DNA from: Guillardia theta CCMP2712
Lineage: Eukaryota; Protista; Cryptophyta
Length of the DNA: 64,000 nucleotides
Assembly: GCF_000315625.1 (NCBI RefSeq)
Contig: NW_005434658.1
Coordinates: forward strand, 525,139 to 589,138
Reading direction: 5' to 3'
Part shown: positions 50,595-62,582 of the stretch, piece by piece
Layout of the letters: every line of letters begins with the position of its first letter
How positions within the stretch are numbered: the first letter of the stretch is position 1
Notes under the pieces: generated by a model
Database searches by the model: none
What the model was told of the DNA's origin: nothing
What the model saw: the letters and a program-made list of their open reading frames with translations, nothing else
Translations under genes and position numbers: made by a program

Positions 50595-52521
50595 ATGCAC
50601 GTGTCGTGCGATGACGAAGGAGCCAGCATGGCAGAGCGAAAGGGAGAAAGAGGAGCATGCATGAAGGAGAATGAAGGACACAGGAAACAGACACCAGAGA
50701 CTGTGGTCTCATGCAAACGGAAGAGAGCAAGAATGGATGACGATAATCAGATGCATGAGGAGCTCCATCTCCGGGAGAAGGAGGCAATCTTGGAAGACGG
50801 AAAGCACCCGTAAGTAGATGCACCTTCTCTTTAGTTGGCAACCTTAGATATCTTCATTAAGTTCGAGATTCTGATGTTTACTCTCAGATACGGTGTAGAG
50901 CCCTGGGGCAATTTCTATGGTAGTGCGAGGCAAAATGGAGGAACATCGATTAGGGATACCTCACTCGGCCGTTTGGCTGCATTGGACGATCAATCTCTCC
51001 TCGAAGTTCTGGGGCTTCTGAGCTATGAACATCTTCTCCTTGTTTGCATGACAAGTCGTGCTTTGTATGTGTTCGGACACCATGACGAGCTTTGGAGGAC
51101 ATTGGCCCTGAACTATCTGCAAGGAGACTTTCAGTTCGCAGATAGCTGGAAGTCAACGCTGGGAAGGAAACTTCTCGGCAAGAGGTTTCCAGGTCATAGA
51201 CCTCTGACAGTCAAAGGGCTGTATTCAGACCTCTTGTTCCAACCCTGGCTATGCGCCACAGTCGGAGTGCTCCCGGAATGGTTGGAGGTCTCTAACATAG
51301 AACGGAGAGACAACCTAACCCTTGAGTCGTTCATCGACGAGTATGAGAGACGCAACAGGCCCGTCATTGTCACAGACGTCGTCAAGCATTGGCCGGCTTT
51401 CAAGAAATGGAATCGCGAGTACCTGCTTGAGAACTTCGGCGAGAAAGAGTTTGAGGTGGGCCCAGTGAAGATGAAAATGAACAACTTCTATCACTACTGC
51501 GATCACGCCAAGGTATGGTTATTGTTCTCCTACTTATCTCGGGAGGATAAGTGATCTGTGTGATTGCCCATTTTTTCTGTCTAGGAAGAAAAACCCTTGT
51601 ATCTCTTCGACAAGGACTTCCCAGTCACTTGTCCCTCCTTGGTCGAAGACTACGAAGTACCCGAATACTTCAAACAAGACTTTTTTGAAGCACTCGGAGA
51701 TTCAAGACCAAACTGGCGATGGATCATCATCGGACCAGCACGAAGTGGTTCCTCCTTTCATATTGACCCCAACAGTACTAGGTGCTCCTCTCCCTCCCTC
51801 CCTTCCTTGTCACCTTTGACTTCTTATGATTCATTCCTCTTGCAGTGCGTGGAACGCCGTGATTTCAGGGAGGAAGAAGTGGATTATGTTTCCTCCTGGT
51901 CAGAGGCCTCCAGGAGTATTTCCGAGCGCCGACATGGCGAACGTTGCGACCTCGGCATCTATCTGGGAATGGTTCCTCAACTTTTATCCTGCGACAAAGT
52001 CTTGCAAGGTTAGTTGCGTGCTTTTCTCCTCTCTTTGAATTGTCTGTGGTATCACAACGCGATGCATAGGTCCGTCCTCTCGAATGTGTATGCGAAGCAG
52101 GAGAAATCATTTTTGTGCCTAATGGATGGTGGCATTGTGTGCTGAATTTAGAGCCGTCAGTTGCCATCACTCAAAACTATGTAAGAACCTCTCGGCACAT
52201 TGTCCACGTTTAATTTTCCTGTAGGTAAGCGAGCAAAATCTATCTCAAGTACTTCATTTTGTGAAGCACAAACCTCATTGCGTGTCTGGCGTCCCGTCAG
52301 ACTCGCGTGAAGGGTTTCATGAGAGATTTCAGGAAGCCCTCAACAGGTGCTCTGGGAGTTCCTTGTTTGCTGTGCAACTCAATTCGTGCAGGTATCATCC
52401 CGATATTCTTTGCTTACAACAACAAAAGAAGCCAAAAGCTGCTTGTCTGTCACTATGGGATACGGTTGTTGGCACAGAAATTGCAACGAAGGAACAAGAG
52501 TTCAAATTTGGATTTACTTGA
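50595..52521 (+). CDS. F-box + JmjC 2-oxoglutarate oxygenase (JMJD6-like, plant JMJ22-type architecture)
   Basis: HP|YGVEPWGN; F-box LAALDDQSLLEVLGLL…HDELW; JmjC WIIIGPARSGSSFHIDPNST, AWNAVISGRKKW, FVPNGWWHCVLN, AITQNY. The HxD…H triad is intact. Confidence 0.92.
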
Positions 52522-52582
52522 AACGACTCTGCACAAACCTTGCAGACTAACTTAAAGTGTACACAAATGTAAATAACTTTTT

Positions 52583-53386
52583 CTACTCAAGATGTTCCTC
52601 TGTCTTAGCTCGCTTCCGTGACTTAGAGCCTTCGTCACCTCTTCTGTGCTTCCTAGGAATGAAAGCTTGCACCTCAGCTGGTGTCCATAGTGGTCTGGTT
52701 GCCTTAACCCAAGACTTGCGGTTCCATATATCACGAATCGTCTTTGGCGAGACTCCATGAAGTTCTCCAATACGAGCTGCCTCCGCCATACTTCCATACT
52801 TTGACCCTGCATTGCGTGGCCGGTTTTCATAAATTTTGATGGCCAAGGACTCATCTAACGAAATGGACCAGTGCTTTTTCCTTTCCCCAGAAGAATCAAC
52901 ACTCTCGTCTTCACCTGAGGAATAGTTGGATGATGCAGCCGTAGATGCCTGTGATATTCCACTGCTGCTGGGGCTGGGGAAATTGCCACGGGGCATACTA
53001 ACAATATTGCTGAGATGATCTTCTTTAATTGCGCCCTTTTGTGAGTTTGTAGTGTTGACAAATATTCTTCCGTCAGGGAAAGGGCTCATTGTACCTGGAT
53101 GCTGAACTCTTGCATCGTTTGTTGCTGGCAATGTGCTTGAAAATGTTGCATGGCATTCCATGTTCGTTGCCCTGGCGACATTAATGCAAACTTTATCCAA
53201 GCTTGCGCGAACACATTGCGGTTCGCTTTCGTTGTTTAGGAGCCATGAAACCGCAGCTTTGTTGTGAACTTTGTCATCATTTTCATACTGTGCACTTTGG
53301 CGATGGTTGGACAAACTTGAGAGAAGTTTTATATCTTGCCACATGTCATGGGGAATTTCCCTGTGGCTGTGGAAAAGTGTTGGCAT
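52583..53386 (-). CDS. Intronless HTH DNA-binding protein of the 'SPKTIRDIWNRKSW' family
   Basis: LAIKIYENRP…AARIGELHGVSPKTIRDIWNRKSWVKATRPLW, basic NLS-like tail SRKRAK, Ser-rich linker. Confidence 0.75.
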   Translation of the reverse strand: MPTLFHSHREIPHDMWQDIKLLSSLSNHRQSAQYENDDKVHNKAAVSWLLNNESEPQCVRASLDKVCINVARATNMECHATFSSTLPATNDARVQHPGTMSPFPDGRIFVNTTNSQKGAIKEDHLSNIVSMPRGNFPSPSSSGISQASTAASSNYSSGEDESVDSSGERKKHWSISLDESLAIKIYENRPRNAGSKYGSMAEAARIGELHGVSPKTIRDIWNRKSWVKATRPLWTPAEVQAFIPRKHRRGDEGSKSRKRAKTEEHLE

Positions 53387-55194
53387 TTGATAAAGGCACG
53401 AAAAACTGTTCCAAAGTACGATTGTGCGCTTGAATTATTTCAACACCTAGCTCTTGAAACTTGAAAGTCTCTGGTGATTGTTTCTTCGCTGATTGTTTCG
53501 CAGTGTACAAGTGCCGGTGCTGCCTTAGGCGTTTCTCAGGAAGACAAGATTATCTTCTTTGTCTGACAAAGCAGCTTTGATTGTACGAGGAGAGGGACAC
53601 AAGCGACCAAGAACGGAGTCACGTAACAGGACCCCAATAAGGCGGAAAATGCAGCGAGATTGAGGTATCCAAAGAGGGCGGAAAGGAAGCAAGGATAGGT
53701 GCCAGTTGAGGTTCAAGAAGATTCAACGGACTGATGAGAGTGAAGCAAAGGAAAGAATTCCAGAGAAAAGGACAAAGAGGATGTTGGGAGCAATATTGGG
53801 AGTTAAGGATAAGTGCACGAGAAGGAATGTAGCGTGAAGCAGGAAAGGGGCAGGAAAGGGGCAGGAAGAGCAGAATGTGGAGGACGGATGGAAAGGGCGA
53901 GGGGAGCCTTCATGGGGGGGCCGCAGCTCTTTCAGAAAACATTTTTAAAATGCTGTCAAAAAATTGAATTAAGATCACCAGATACCTGAGGAAGGGCGTA
54001 TCTCAAAGAAACTACTTTATTTCGAGTTTGTAAGTATATGAAAACTCTCTCTTTCGTATACAACAGGTGGATTGAATAGATCTCAGTTTGATCTCAGCTT
54101 GAAAAACTAATATTTCAGAGACTTGATACCACCCGGGAGATCCGACCGTAGGCACCTGAAGAAATGCCTTACCACCCCCACCCATAGATAATAATATACC
54201 CTTTCTGGGTTCAGGATTTGATGGTCCCCATTCCATGTTCAAGTACGCAAGTGCGTATCTTTCTTGATTCAATATAATGCAATCATTAAATAAATGATTC
54301 GACATGAGCCCTGTATCGAGAATGAGGCTTGCCACTTGACGGGCCACCAAACAGTGCCATATCACCCACCATACTGAATCGCTTTCTTGCCACACGCCCC
54401 CCTTTTAAAAATTGTTTTATTATTTTACAATTGAGAGTTTTATGCGGTTCTAAAACGATTTTTGCTCGCCTGCAGGAGTGTCCCAAGAGACATGGGACTG
54501 ATCTCCGGGCGTGGGAGATTCCAGCAGTAAACTGGCAGCTGAAGAGATAGCTTTTGGGAGTTTCTTGCACCCACTCAGCTGACATTGCACCCCAACAGAA
54601 ATCTTGCCACTTCTGGCCCATGCACTCCTGTACCCCTGGCACCGCAAGGCAGCGGCCACCTACCGTACCGTCCCCCAGCCTTTGTCAGGGCTCTTTTGGG
54701 TACCGGGCCAGGGGCTCTGGCGCAGCAGACCCCTAGGACCCCCCCAACCGAACGCACACATGATGGATCTCCCAGAAGGAAATCCGTCCTTTCAAAAAAA
54801 AAAAAATAACAGGCTAAAAGAAAGAAATCAGGCGGCACGCGCCCCCATTTCAACCCTGAGTTTTAACAATGGACAGCGGGCGAAAAAAAAGGAGTGCAGC
54901 TGCAAGGCGAGGGCGCCATATAGGGCGGAGGGACGCATATACGGCAGTACACGCATGTGACTGCCCAGAACAAGGTAGTTGGCACGAAAGGATGCCATCT
55001 GATGGATCTCAGCCCCCGGAGATCGCTTGAGATATCTGAGCTACACTGCAAACGATGAGATACCACTGGGGTCTCTTTGATCCTAACTGAACAAGTCTCT
55101 TTTCGTGACTCAGCCGATGCAGCGGCTGAGAGCGGTGTCACTGTTCTCATAGAGTCAGCAAGCCTGACTGAAGCATCCGAGTTTACTCAAAGTG

Positions 55195-56105
55195 ATACGG
55201 TACAGTACGGCGGCGTGCGGCGTGACTGCCCGGCCGCGCCCGGCCGCAGCGCGGCCACTGCCCCAGTGCCGGCCGTCACGCGGCGGCGCGCCGGGCCTGG
55301 GCCGGCCGCACGGCGGCAGGCACCGTACCCAGCACCGTCCGAGCGGAACTCAGTGGCTGACTCACCGTCACTGTCAGTGGGCCTTCACTGCGGAACTTCC
55401 GAAGCCTCCGCCAGGCCGACCGTGCCGTCGGCCGGGCCCCGGGGCCCTCGGACTCCGGGACGGCCCGGCCTGGCGCCGGGCGGCCAGTGTCCCTCAGTGC
55501 CACGGTGTGGCACACGGTGGGGCGGCCAGGCGCCGCGCGGCGGCCGGCCTTTGAGTCCGAGCCTCCGCTCACGGGCCGGCGTTCGTGACCATCCGGCTCA
55601 CCGGGCCGCCGCGCCGCGGCCGGGTGCGGAAGTTTGCGGCTCACTGACAGACGGTCGGAGTCAAAGCCGGGCACTGTGCCGACGGTGACAGCCTGTTCCC
55701 GGGTCACCAGGAGCGGCAGTCCGGGCCGGGCGGACTCCGGCGGGATCCGGCTCAGACCGTACGGCCGGGACCGTACCGTACCGTCCGACGGACTCCGGGA
55801 CGGTCGTCGAATCCGGGCCGGCGAGCCTCAGACTCGGACCGCGGCGGCCGCCGGTCACCGGGTGCGCGGCCCGGCCGGCCCGACGGACTGCCGCGGCCGG
55901 CCGGCGGGCCGGGCCGCGCACTGCATGCCATGATACCGGCGCGGCCGGGGCCCCACGGTCGGTCACCGCCCGGCCGAGTCACTGCCGTCACCCGGCCGGG
56001 GCCCGGGCCGGCCCACTGAGCCGCCTCCGAGGCTCGGAGTGGCCGGACCGTACCGTCCGACCGTCGTACCCGGCCGGGCCGGGCGGGGCCCGCCGGCGCC
56101 GCTGG
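55195..56105. repeat. ~910-bp extremely GC-rich low-complexity CCGG/GGCC mosaic island
   Basis: Saturated with ccgg, ggcc, gactc/gagtc, cagtg/cactg and gtac words, no fixed period, sharp boundaries. Confidence 0.8.
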
Positions 56106-56298
56106 ATTGTGAACGTCTCAAGTGATTAACAAGCCAGGAATTCGGAATTTCGTGTGAATTCGTAGGCAACAAGAGGGGAAGATCTTGTGCTGGAGGGTCT
56201 CGGATCTCCTCTCTCGCTCTCCCTGACAGCTACTTGCAAGCTTGAGCTCAGACCAACACTCCTCCTCACTGACTTCCCGTGTCTCGGTTTTGCTGGTC

Positions 56299-58695
56299 AT
56301 GGAGCGATCGTCAGCATTTCAGTCGTGGTGAGAGAAATGTTGTGTTGTTGCTCCCGCCTCCACCAGGATGTCTCGGGGACTGAAGATGTGTCAGGTCAAG
56401 CATACCCATTGATCCAGTGCTTCACTGTAGACCAGTGACAACTGTAAGCCATCTAACTGTGGGACTGCGCAACTTGCATGCAAGGATTCATTCGAAAATG
56501 GCTGGCCAGAGGCTGAGCTCTGCAAAGTTCTTTGAGGTGACCTCTGCACCCTTGGCAGCTCTCTTGAAACTGATAGAGTGGATTCATTCTTTTCAGCATA
56601 ACCTGCAACCAAAGGGTCTCCAACTAACCTTCGCCAAACATGAGATCGATGACAACAACGGATTCTTGCTGCTCCCTCAAAGGTGAGACTATTGAGGTTT
56701 TCACGCGTCAGTGCATGATTGTGATCTAGCAGCAAGACAGCTGCTGAGCCAGATGATTCACATTTTGGACTGATGGGTGATCGATACTCTTACAGAAAAC
56801 TACTTGGTGTTGGCACCTTCGCACAGATATTCGAAGCAGAGGACCGTCTTTCACATCAGCCGACCAGGAACAAGGTTGCAATCAAGGTCAACGAGTATTC
56901 TGTGAATGAATTTCCCATGCTGAATTCTTAAATGTTCAGGTTACAAGGGCTGGAATGCAAGGGGTAGGAATGCAGGAATCTGAGCTACTTTTTGAGCTCT
57001 CGAGAAGGCCAGGGTTTGAAGGTGCAAACATTATCCGACCGTATTCTGCTTTTGCCTTCGAAGATCATTGGTGCTTGGTGATGGAAAAGATGCATGGATC
57101 TTTGCACGAGGTTGTTGAGCAAATGGGACCTTTTGCGCTTTCTCTCGAGTGTCTACAAAAGCTGAGCTTTCAGCTCCTGACGTCACTGAGCTTCTTGGCT
57201 TCCAACGGAGTTGTGCACGCAGATATTAGACCAGAGAATGTCCTACTGCGCGAGTCACCATGGAAGAAGGTGAATGGCCGTGAACTACCGAAATCTCTCT
57301 CCATCAAAGTCAAACTAGCGGACATGGGGAATTCCTTCCGAATGAAAAACTCTTCTGCTTACCACGACGACTTCGAACTTCAGACCCTTTACTACCGGGC
57401 GCCTGAAGTTCTCTTCGGGATGCCATTCACCACTCAGATTGACATGTGGTCGCTTGGATGCCTCTTGGTCGAGGCCTACATTGGAAGAAGATTGTTCGAT
57501 AGCTTCAACCGCTCCTCTGCGGTTGCTACCATGGCAAAGACGCTGGTCAGTATGCAGCTGACTTGTCAGTTGCATGTCTTACTGACTTGCTCTCTCAGGG
57601 AAAGTTTCCTAGGGCTCTCTTCTCCTCAGGAAAGTATTACCAAACTCTTTCTGCCCTCCCTGTGTTCCATACGAAGGAGCACGTGGAAGAGCCCGCAGTT
57701 CAGTGCCAGATCGCGTCACTGCTGCAGACCAACAATCTAAAGCTCATTTCTTTCATCTCGGGATGTCTTGAATACGACCCTGAGAGACGCTTGACTCCCC
57801 ATCAAGCTCTCTGTCATCCTTTTCTGTCTTCGTTGTGTCCTCTCCCCATCATCATTCGGGACACGTTGATGAAGATTTCGACCAAGTCCGAGGCAGCAGA
57901 GGAAACGCAGGGGAAGAGCCAGGAGGTCAACCTGTTTTCGTCGGTCAAAATGGACAAGACAACTTGCAAGGAGATGGATTTCAGCTCGTTTACTCTCAAG
58001 TCACAAGAAAGTCAACTCCTTCCTCCGTCACATCGCACTCAGGCGACCCCTGAGGTAAAATCGCAGCGGAGGGTAAGGGATCGTGAGCATTGTCAGACGT
58101 TTCTGATGATGTGCTGCAGACTGGCATGCATAAAGAAGAACAAGGGGATTCGCCATTGAAACCCAAGGCAACTCGTCCTCGTGAGTATTCTCGAGGCGAT
58201 GTGGGAAGAGCGGACAAATCGGATGTCAAAATGAAAGCAAAATCTTCAGTGAGTGGCAAACATGGCGTGAAAGGCGAGCAACGGGAAGACGCTGGTCCTG
58301 TCAGACTGAAAAAGAGATCTTCTTGTGAAGGCACGACAGGGACGAATGCTGATGTGCAAATATTGGAACCTGAGATGATCGGGAATTCCAGCAAGCCTTG
58401 CAACAGGAAGAGGAGGGAACTAGATTCTTCTCCCGAGCCCTCTGGGAACCTTGAGAAACGGGAGGCAACGCCAAGCTCGTTGGCGTCGGATGATCAAGGT
58501 GGAAGGCGGCGGCTGAGCGACAGGGCGAACAAGGGGCTGAAGCCTCAGGCATGGTGGGTGACGGACAATCAAGAGATGGAGGGCGGGGGAGTGAAGGAGG
58601 AAGTGACGATTCAAGGAAAGCGGGAAGTGAGCAAGGGGAAGCGAGAGAGTATGGTGGTGAGGAGCAATGAGAATCTCTTCAAAGCGAAGGATTAG
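56299..58695 (+). CDS. CMGC protein kinase, DYRK/HIPK-like
   Basis: LGVGTFAQI, VAIK, HADIRPENVLL, KLADMG, LQTLYYRAPEVLFG, IDMWSLGC, CLEYDPERRLTPHQALCHPF; low-complexity C-terminal tail. Confidence 0.88.
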
Positions 58696-58742
58696 ACGAT
58701 GAAAGGCTGTGAGAGGATCAGACGAGGCAACACCTTGCATTT

Positions 58743-61073
58743 TTAATCCTGTTCGACCATTTGAGGAGGGGTCATCATGTCGGGATGCTTCAGTAGATTC
58801 TGGATCCTCGGATGTCGCAGGATGGTTTTCATGGTCTCAACGTCAGCGTTGGGATCGTCCATCCAGTCCCTGAGAACTGACATCACGGGAGAAGAGAAGA
58901 GGATGACAAGAGGCAAGGAAGGCACAGGAGGCAGGACTGATCACCTGATGTTGGACGGGATTGGTTTGTCGAGGGCTTTAGCCACAATCCTGACTTCTCC
59001 TCCTGCATGGGTTGCAAACAGCTGCTGTATCTGCTCCCTGGGCTCCGCGATCTCAAGAGACGAGATGTTGCTGATCAGCTGGGGAGAGAAAGGTGAGCGA
59101 GCGAGGCAGCAGCAGCATCCCCCTCCTCACCTCCTCCATCTCATCGGTTGATGGCTCGGGCTGACCGAAGACAAGCTCCTTGACCTGCTTGCAAGTGACG
59201 AGGAGAGCAGACGCAGACTACCATGGGAACCTTCTTGGTCATGGCAGCCTCCAGCTCCTCCTGCACGGGTTCACTCCGTCAGGCACCGTCGTCACAAGCA
59301 GGTGAAGCTCACGAGGGTGAAGATGGTCTGCAGGGGGAACTCTGACTCCTCCTTCTGCGTCTCCTGCATCGCATGCTCGAGCTCGAAGTCTTCCTTCACC
59401 TCATGCCAGGTATCGTTGTGGTGCTCGAAGTTTCTTGCGGCGTAATCGTGAAGATAATCAAGAGCGTTAAACTTGCGCAGATCGATTTCTCCCTGTTACA
59501 AGGTCATTCAAAACGTCCTCCCCTTCCTCCCCCATCTTCTCCCGCGATCGCAAAAGAAAGCAAAGGACCTTTGCTAGCTTCTGCTGGACCTTCGTTGTGT
59601 TGAGGAGGGAGTGGGTTTCAGAGAAGAGAGGAGCTTTTGGGGAGGAGGGGAGGATGCCTTCTCGCTCAAGTTTCTTTGCAACCTGTACCACAATGAGGAG
59701 AAGGTGGTGACAAGGAATACAGTGCAGATAAATTGCGAGAGAAGACAATAGAGACGAAAACTTGAGAGCACTAGACTGGAAGGAGGGGAAGCGAGAGCGG
59801 AGGGCGAAAGGAAACATCCAAGAGGAGAGGGAGGTGAGGTTGTACCCAGGCAGCAGCCTTCAAGGGCCATGCGGTGATAGTGTCTCCTTGGCTAGATCCC
59901 ATGTTCCACAGGCGATCCGACAGGGGGTCCTTGGTGTTAAAGAGAGAAATGCCAAAGAGCTGCACGTCCGTAGGCTGTTGAGAGAAGATAAGGAAGGCAG
60001 GCGAGCAAGTCTGGGCAAGTCACTCACGCGGTATGCGTTGATCTTGTCCTCCTCCGTCTCCGCGTCGAAGGCCTGCGAGATGGTCAGCGATGGAGAGGGA
60101 GGAGGAGAGATGGGGGCTGAACCTTGCGAATGATGTGGCCAGTCTTGGACATAACCCAAGAGAAGATTGACTCGGCTCTGCGGGAGGCATCAGGCAGGGG
60201 GAGGAGAGGGAGTGTTTCAGGCGACCTGGGTTCCTCGTTGAGGTAGGAAGTGATCTTCTCTGCCTCCTGCGCCTGCAGCGAAAGTGAGCGGGACAAGAGG
60301 AGGCAGAGCGTGAGTACTTTTCTAGTGACTTCCTCCTTGAGAGAGCCTTGCTCCAAGTGAGAAGCAACGCGGTTGACGTTGGCAGCAAAGGCGATCTGCA
60401 ACCGTCGGATCTCCTGCTGGAATTCCAGGTAACGTGCAGACTTGACCCCCTTGTCGGGGAGGCAGAGCGCAGCTACGAATTCTTGCAGCTCCTCCCACTG
60501 CTGCTTCACCATCCTCTTCCACACAGGTGGCATCTCCCTCCAGCACGTTGCCCGCTGGCACTGCATCCATGCTGATCGTGTCCATGAGAACTCGTCGTCC
60601 GGGTCATCCCACAGGGAGCCGGCGAACCAAGAGTCAGCGTAGGAGCAGTTGTCTCCTCCCGGCATTTGAGCCTCCAAGCGAATGTCCTGGAGCATCATGA
60701 ATTGCTGCAGGAGCTGAGAGCGAGCCGATTCCTCTTCCAGCATCTCTTCTATCTTGATCATCTCCTGCGGGTCATAGTCGTATTCTCCTGCCTGTAGGCG
60801 GTACAAGTCGCCAAGAAAGATATCCTTATCGATGTCATCCATATCTGACTGGGGAGCGAGAGACGACGACAAGGCCTGATACGTCGAGCCTTCATTCTGG
60901 AGGACACCGGAGCCTCCACGCAGTCTAAGCGCTGAGCTTGGAACTAATAAAGGCCTTGCATTCAAGCAACAAGCAGGTAGAAGTAACGCTCCTGAGGTCA
61001 CAAGCAGAACAAGAAAAGAGCGCATGTGCCTGGTTGACTGCGATCCGTGAAAGGCAGTCGATATACTTGACAT
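58743..61073 (-). CDS. Signal-peptide protein with LRLRGG motif and C-terminal STI1/DP-like segment
   Basis: MRSFLVLLVTSGALLLPACCLNA (ATG 61025; upstream ATG 61073), then ALRLRGGS. Last exon VLRDWMDDPNADVETMKTILRHPRIQNLLKHPDMM resembles STI1. Multi-exon. Confidence 0.6.
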
Positions 61074-61723
61074 GGCTTGTAAAGTCTCTCTCAGATTGCT
61101 GCCATGACGCGTGAGAAAGCATCAAAGATAGTAGACGGGAGGAGAGCAACAGCATTAACATATTCATTTCATGTTTCCATATGATGAGACCATTCTCTCT
61201 ATCATTCTTCCTCTTCGCCCTTCCCCACCTTCTATCAAGGACACCATTGCTGCATTGATGATCTCATCGCAACAGCTTCCAAATCGCATTAATCATCTCC
61301 TCCTCCCACTTACTTCGTGGATCCTGCATGAAGAATGATGGTTGATTTTCGAAGGGGGTTGCCACTGTTCTTCTTTTCACTTTGAATTATTAATTTTAAT
61401 GTTTAAAGAGAAGTTCCTAGAAAAATACTCAAAGATTTTCATGAAGTCCACACATCTGAATGTTTCACGCACAAATTGAAATTTTGGAGGACCGCTCAAG
61501 GGAAATACTGAGGTTCCTTGAGGCGGCCTCCCCGTCGCTCCTCTTGCTGGAGCATTGCCATCCCTTGGCGTCGCCTTGCTGGGACTCCTCCTCCTTCCCG
61601 CTGCAACCGACTCCTCCTCTCGTCTTCTTCTTCCTCTCCTGCTGTCTCTCCTTCGGTGTTGCCTACCGTTCTTGTCCCACTCAGTCCGTGCGCTGAGCCT
61701 TCTATTGATCAGCGAGAGTCAAC

Positions 61724-62211
61724 ATGGCAGCTCGTTTCTTTCTCGTCCTCTGCTTTCTCTCAGCGGCCCCGTTGACGAGCAGCTTCCCCTCCATCCCACT
61801 ACATCAAGTTCCGATTCTTCGCGAGATCCATCGCAGTTTTCAACCAGGCCTGCGCACAGAACTCATCTCGACCAACTCCACGTACCACAAGTACCTTGCG
61901 GTTGAAAGGTAAGACCGGGCGGAGCGAATGTTATGATGATTGTCTTCTCATTGTTTCATCAGTCAAAAATCTTATCGGAGGAAAAATTTCAGCATTGGAG
62001 ACCACCCGGTCTGTTGTGCTGCCTGCGAGCTCCTCCAGTCATGACAAGCTGTTAGGTGTTGGAATTCCTTAGCAAGGTGCTGGAGTTCGGCAAGGGAATA
62101 GGAGCCTTCTTCTTCATCTCAGCAGTCGCTCACATCGGGTTCGGGATCGCTGCCGGCCCCAAACGAACTTCGCCTCCTCCCGTCAGAACCACGACTGGGC
62201 TGCCTTACTAG
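61724..62211 (+). CDS. Small (~130 aa) signal-peptide protein with one C-terminal transmembrane segment, 3 exons
   Basis: MAARFFLVLCFLSAAPLTSS|F…; last exon from 62056 VLEFLSK…GIGAFFFISAVAHIGFGIAAG…GLPY*. Confidence 0.6.
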
Positions 62212-62582
62212 AATGCGTGCGCGACTCGCTAGGGCATGAGAAATGAATGAATTGAGTCTTACAGACAGTCAAGTTCGCTGAACTAAGATATCAATGCTGG
62301 TGTACACGTTCGATCTCCTTGACGATGACGAGGACGATAGAGGTCACCACAACAAATCATCCGCCAGAGTAACACAATGAATGCGGCATTGAAGCTATGA
62401 AGCCGGACATGCCTTGTCCACATCGGTAAAGAGCACATCATAGGACGATTCAGAGGTCATTTTGCAACGAGATGCGCAAAATTTACTTGAGCTGCCCAGT
62501 TGAATAACCATAACAGTATAACTGAACTCATAATGTAACAGCAGAAGAGTTTGTGAGAGCTGATGTAATTTACAGCGCCAAA

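Noticed and set aside
54960-55060. tRNA/SINE-like A-box (GTGTAGCTCAG on the minus strand) with local hairpins
   Set aside because: No D-loop GG, no B-box at proper spacing, no cloverleaf.
55077-56172. Several long R/P/G/A-rich ORFs on both strands
   Set aside because: Expected from the lack of stop codons in very GC-rich low-complexity DNA; no domain signal.
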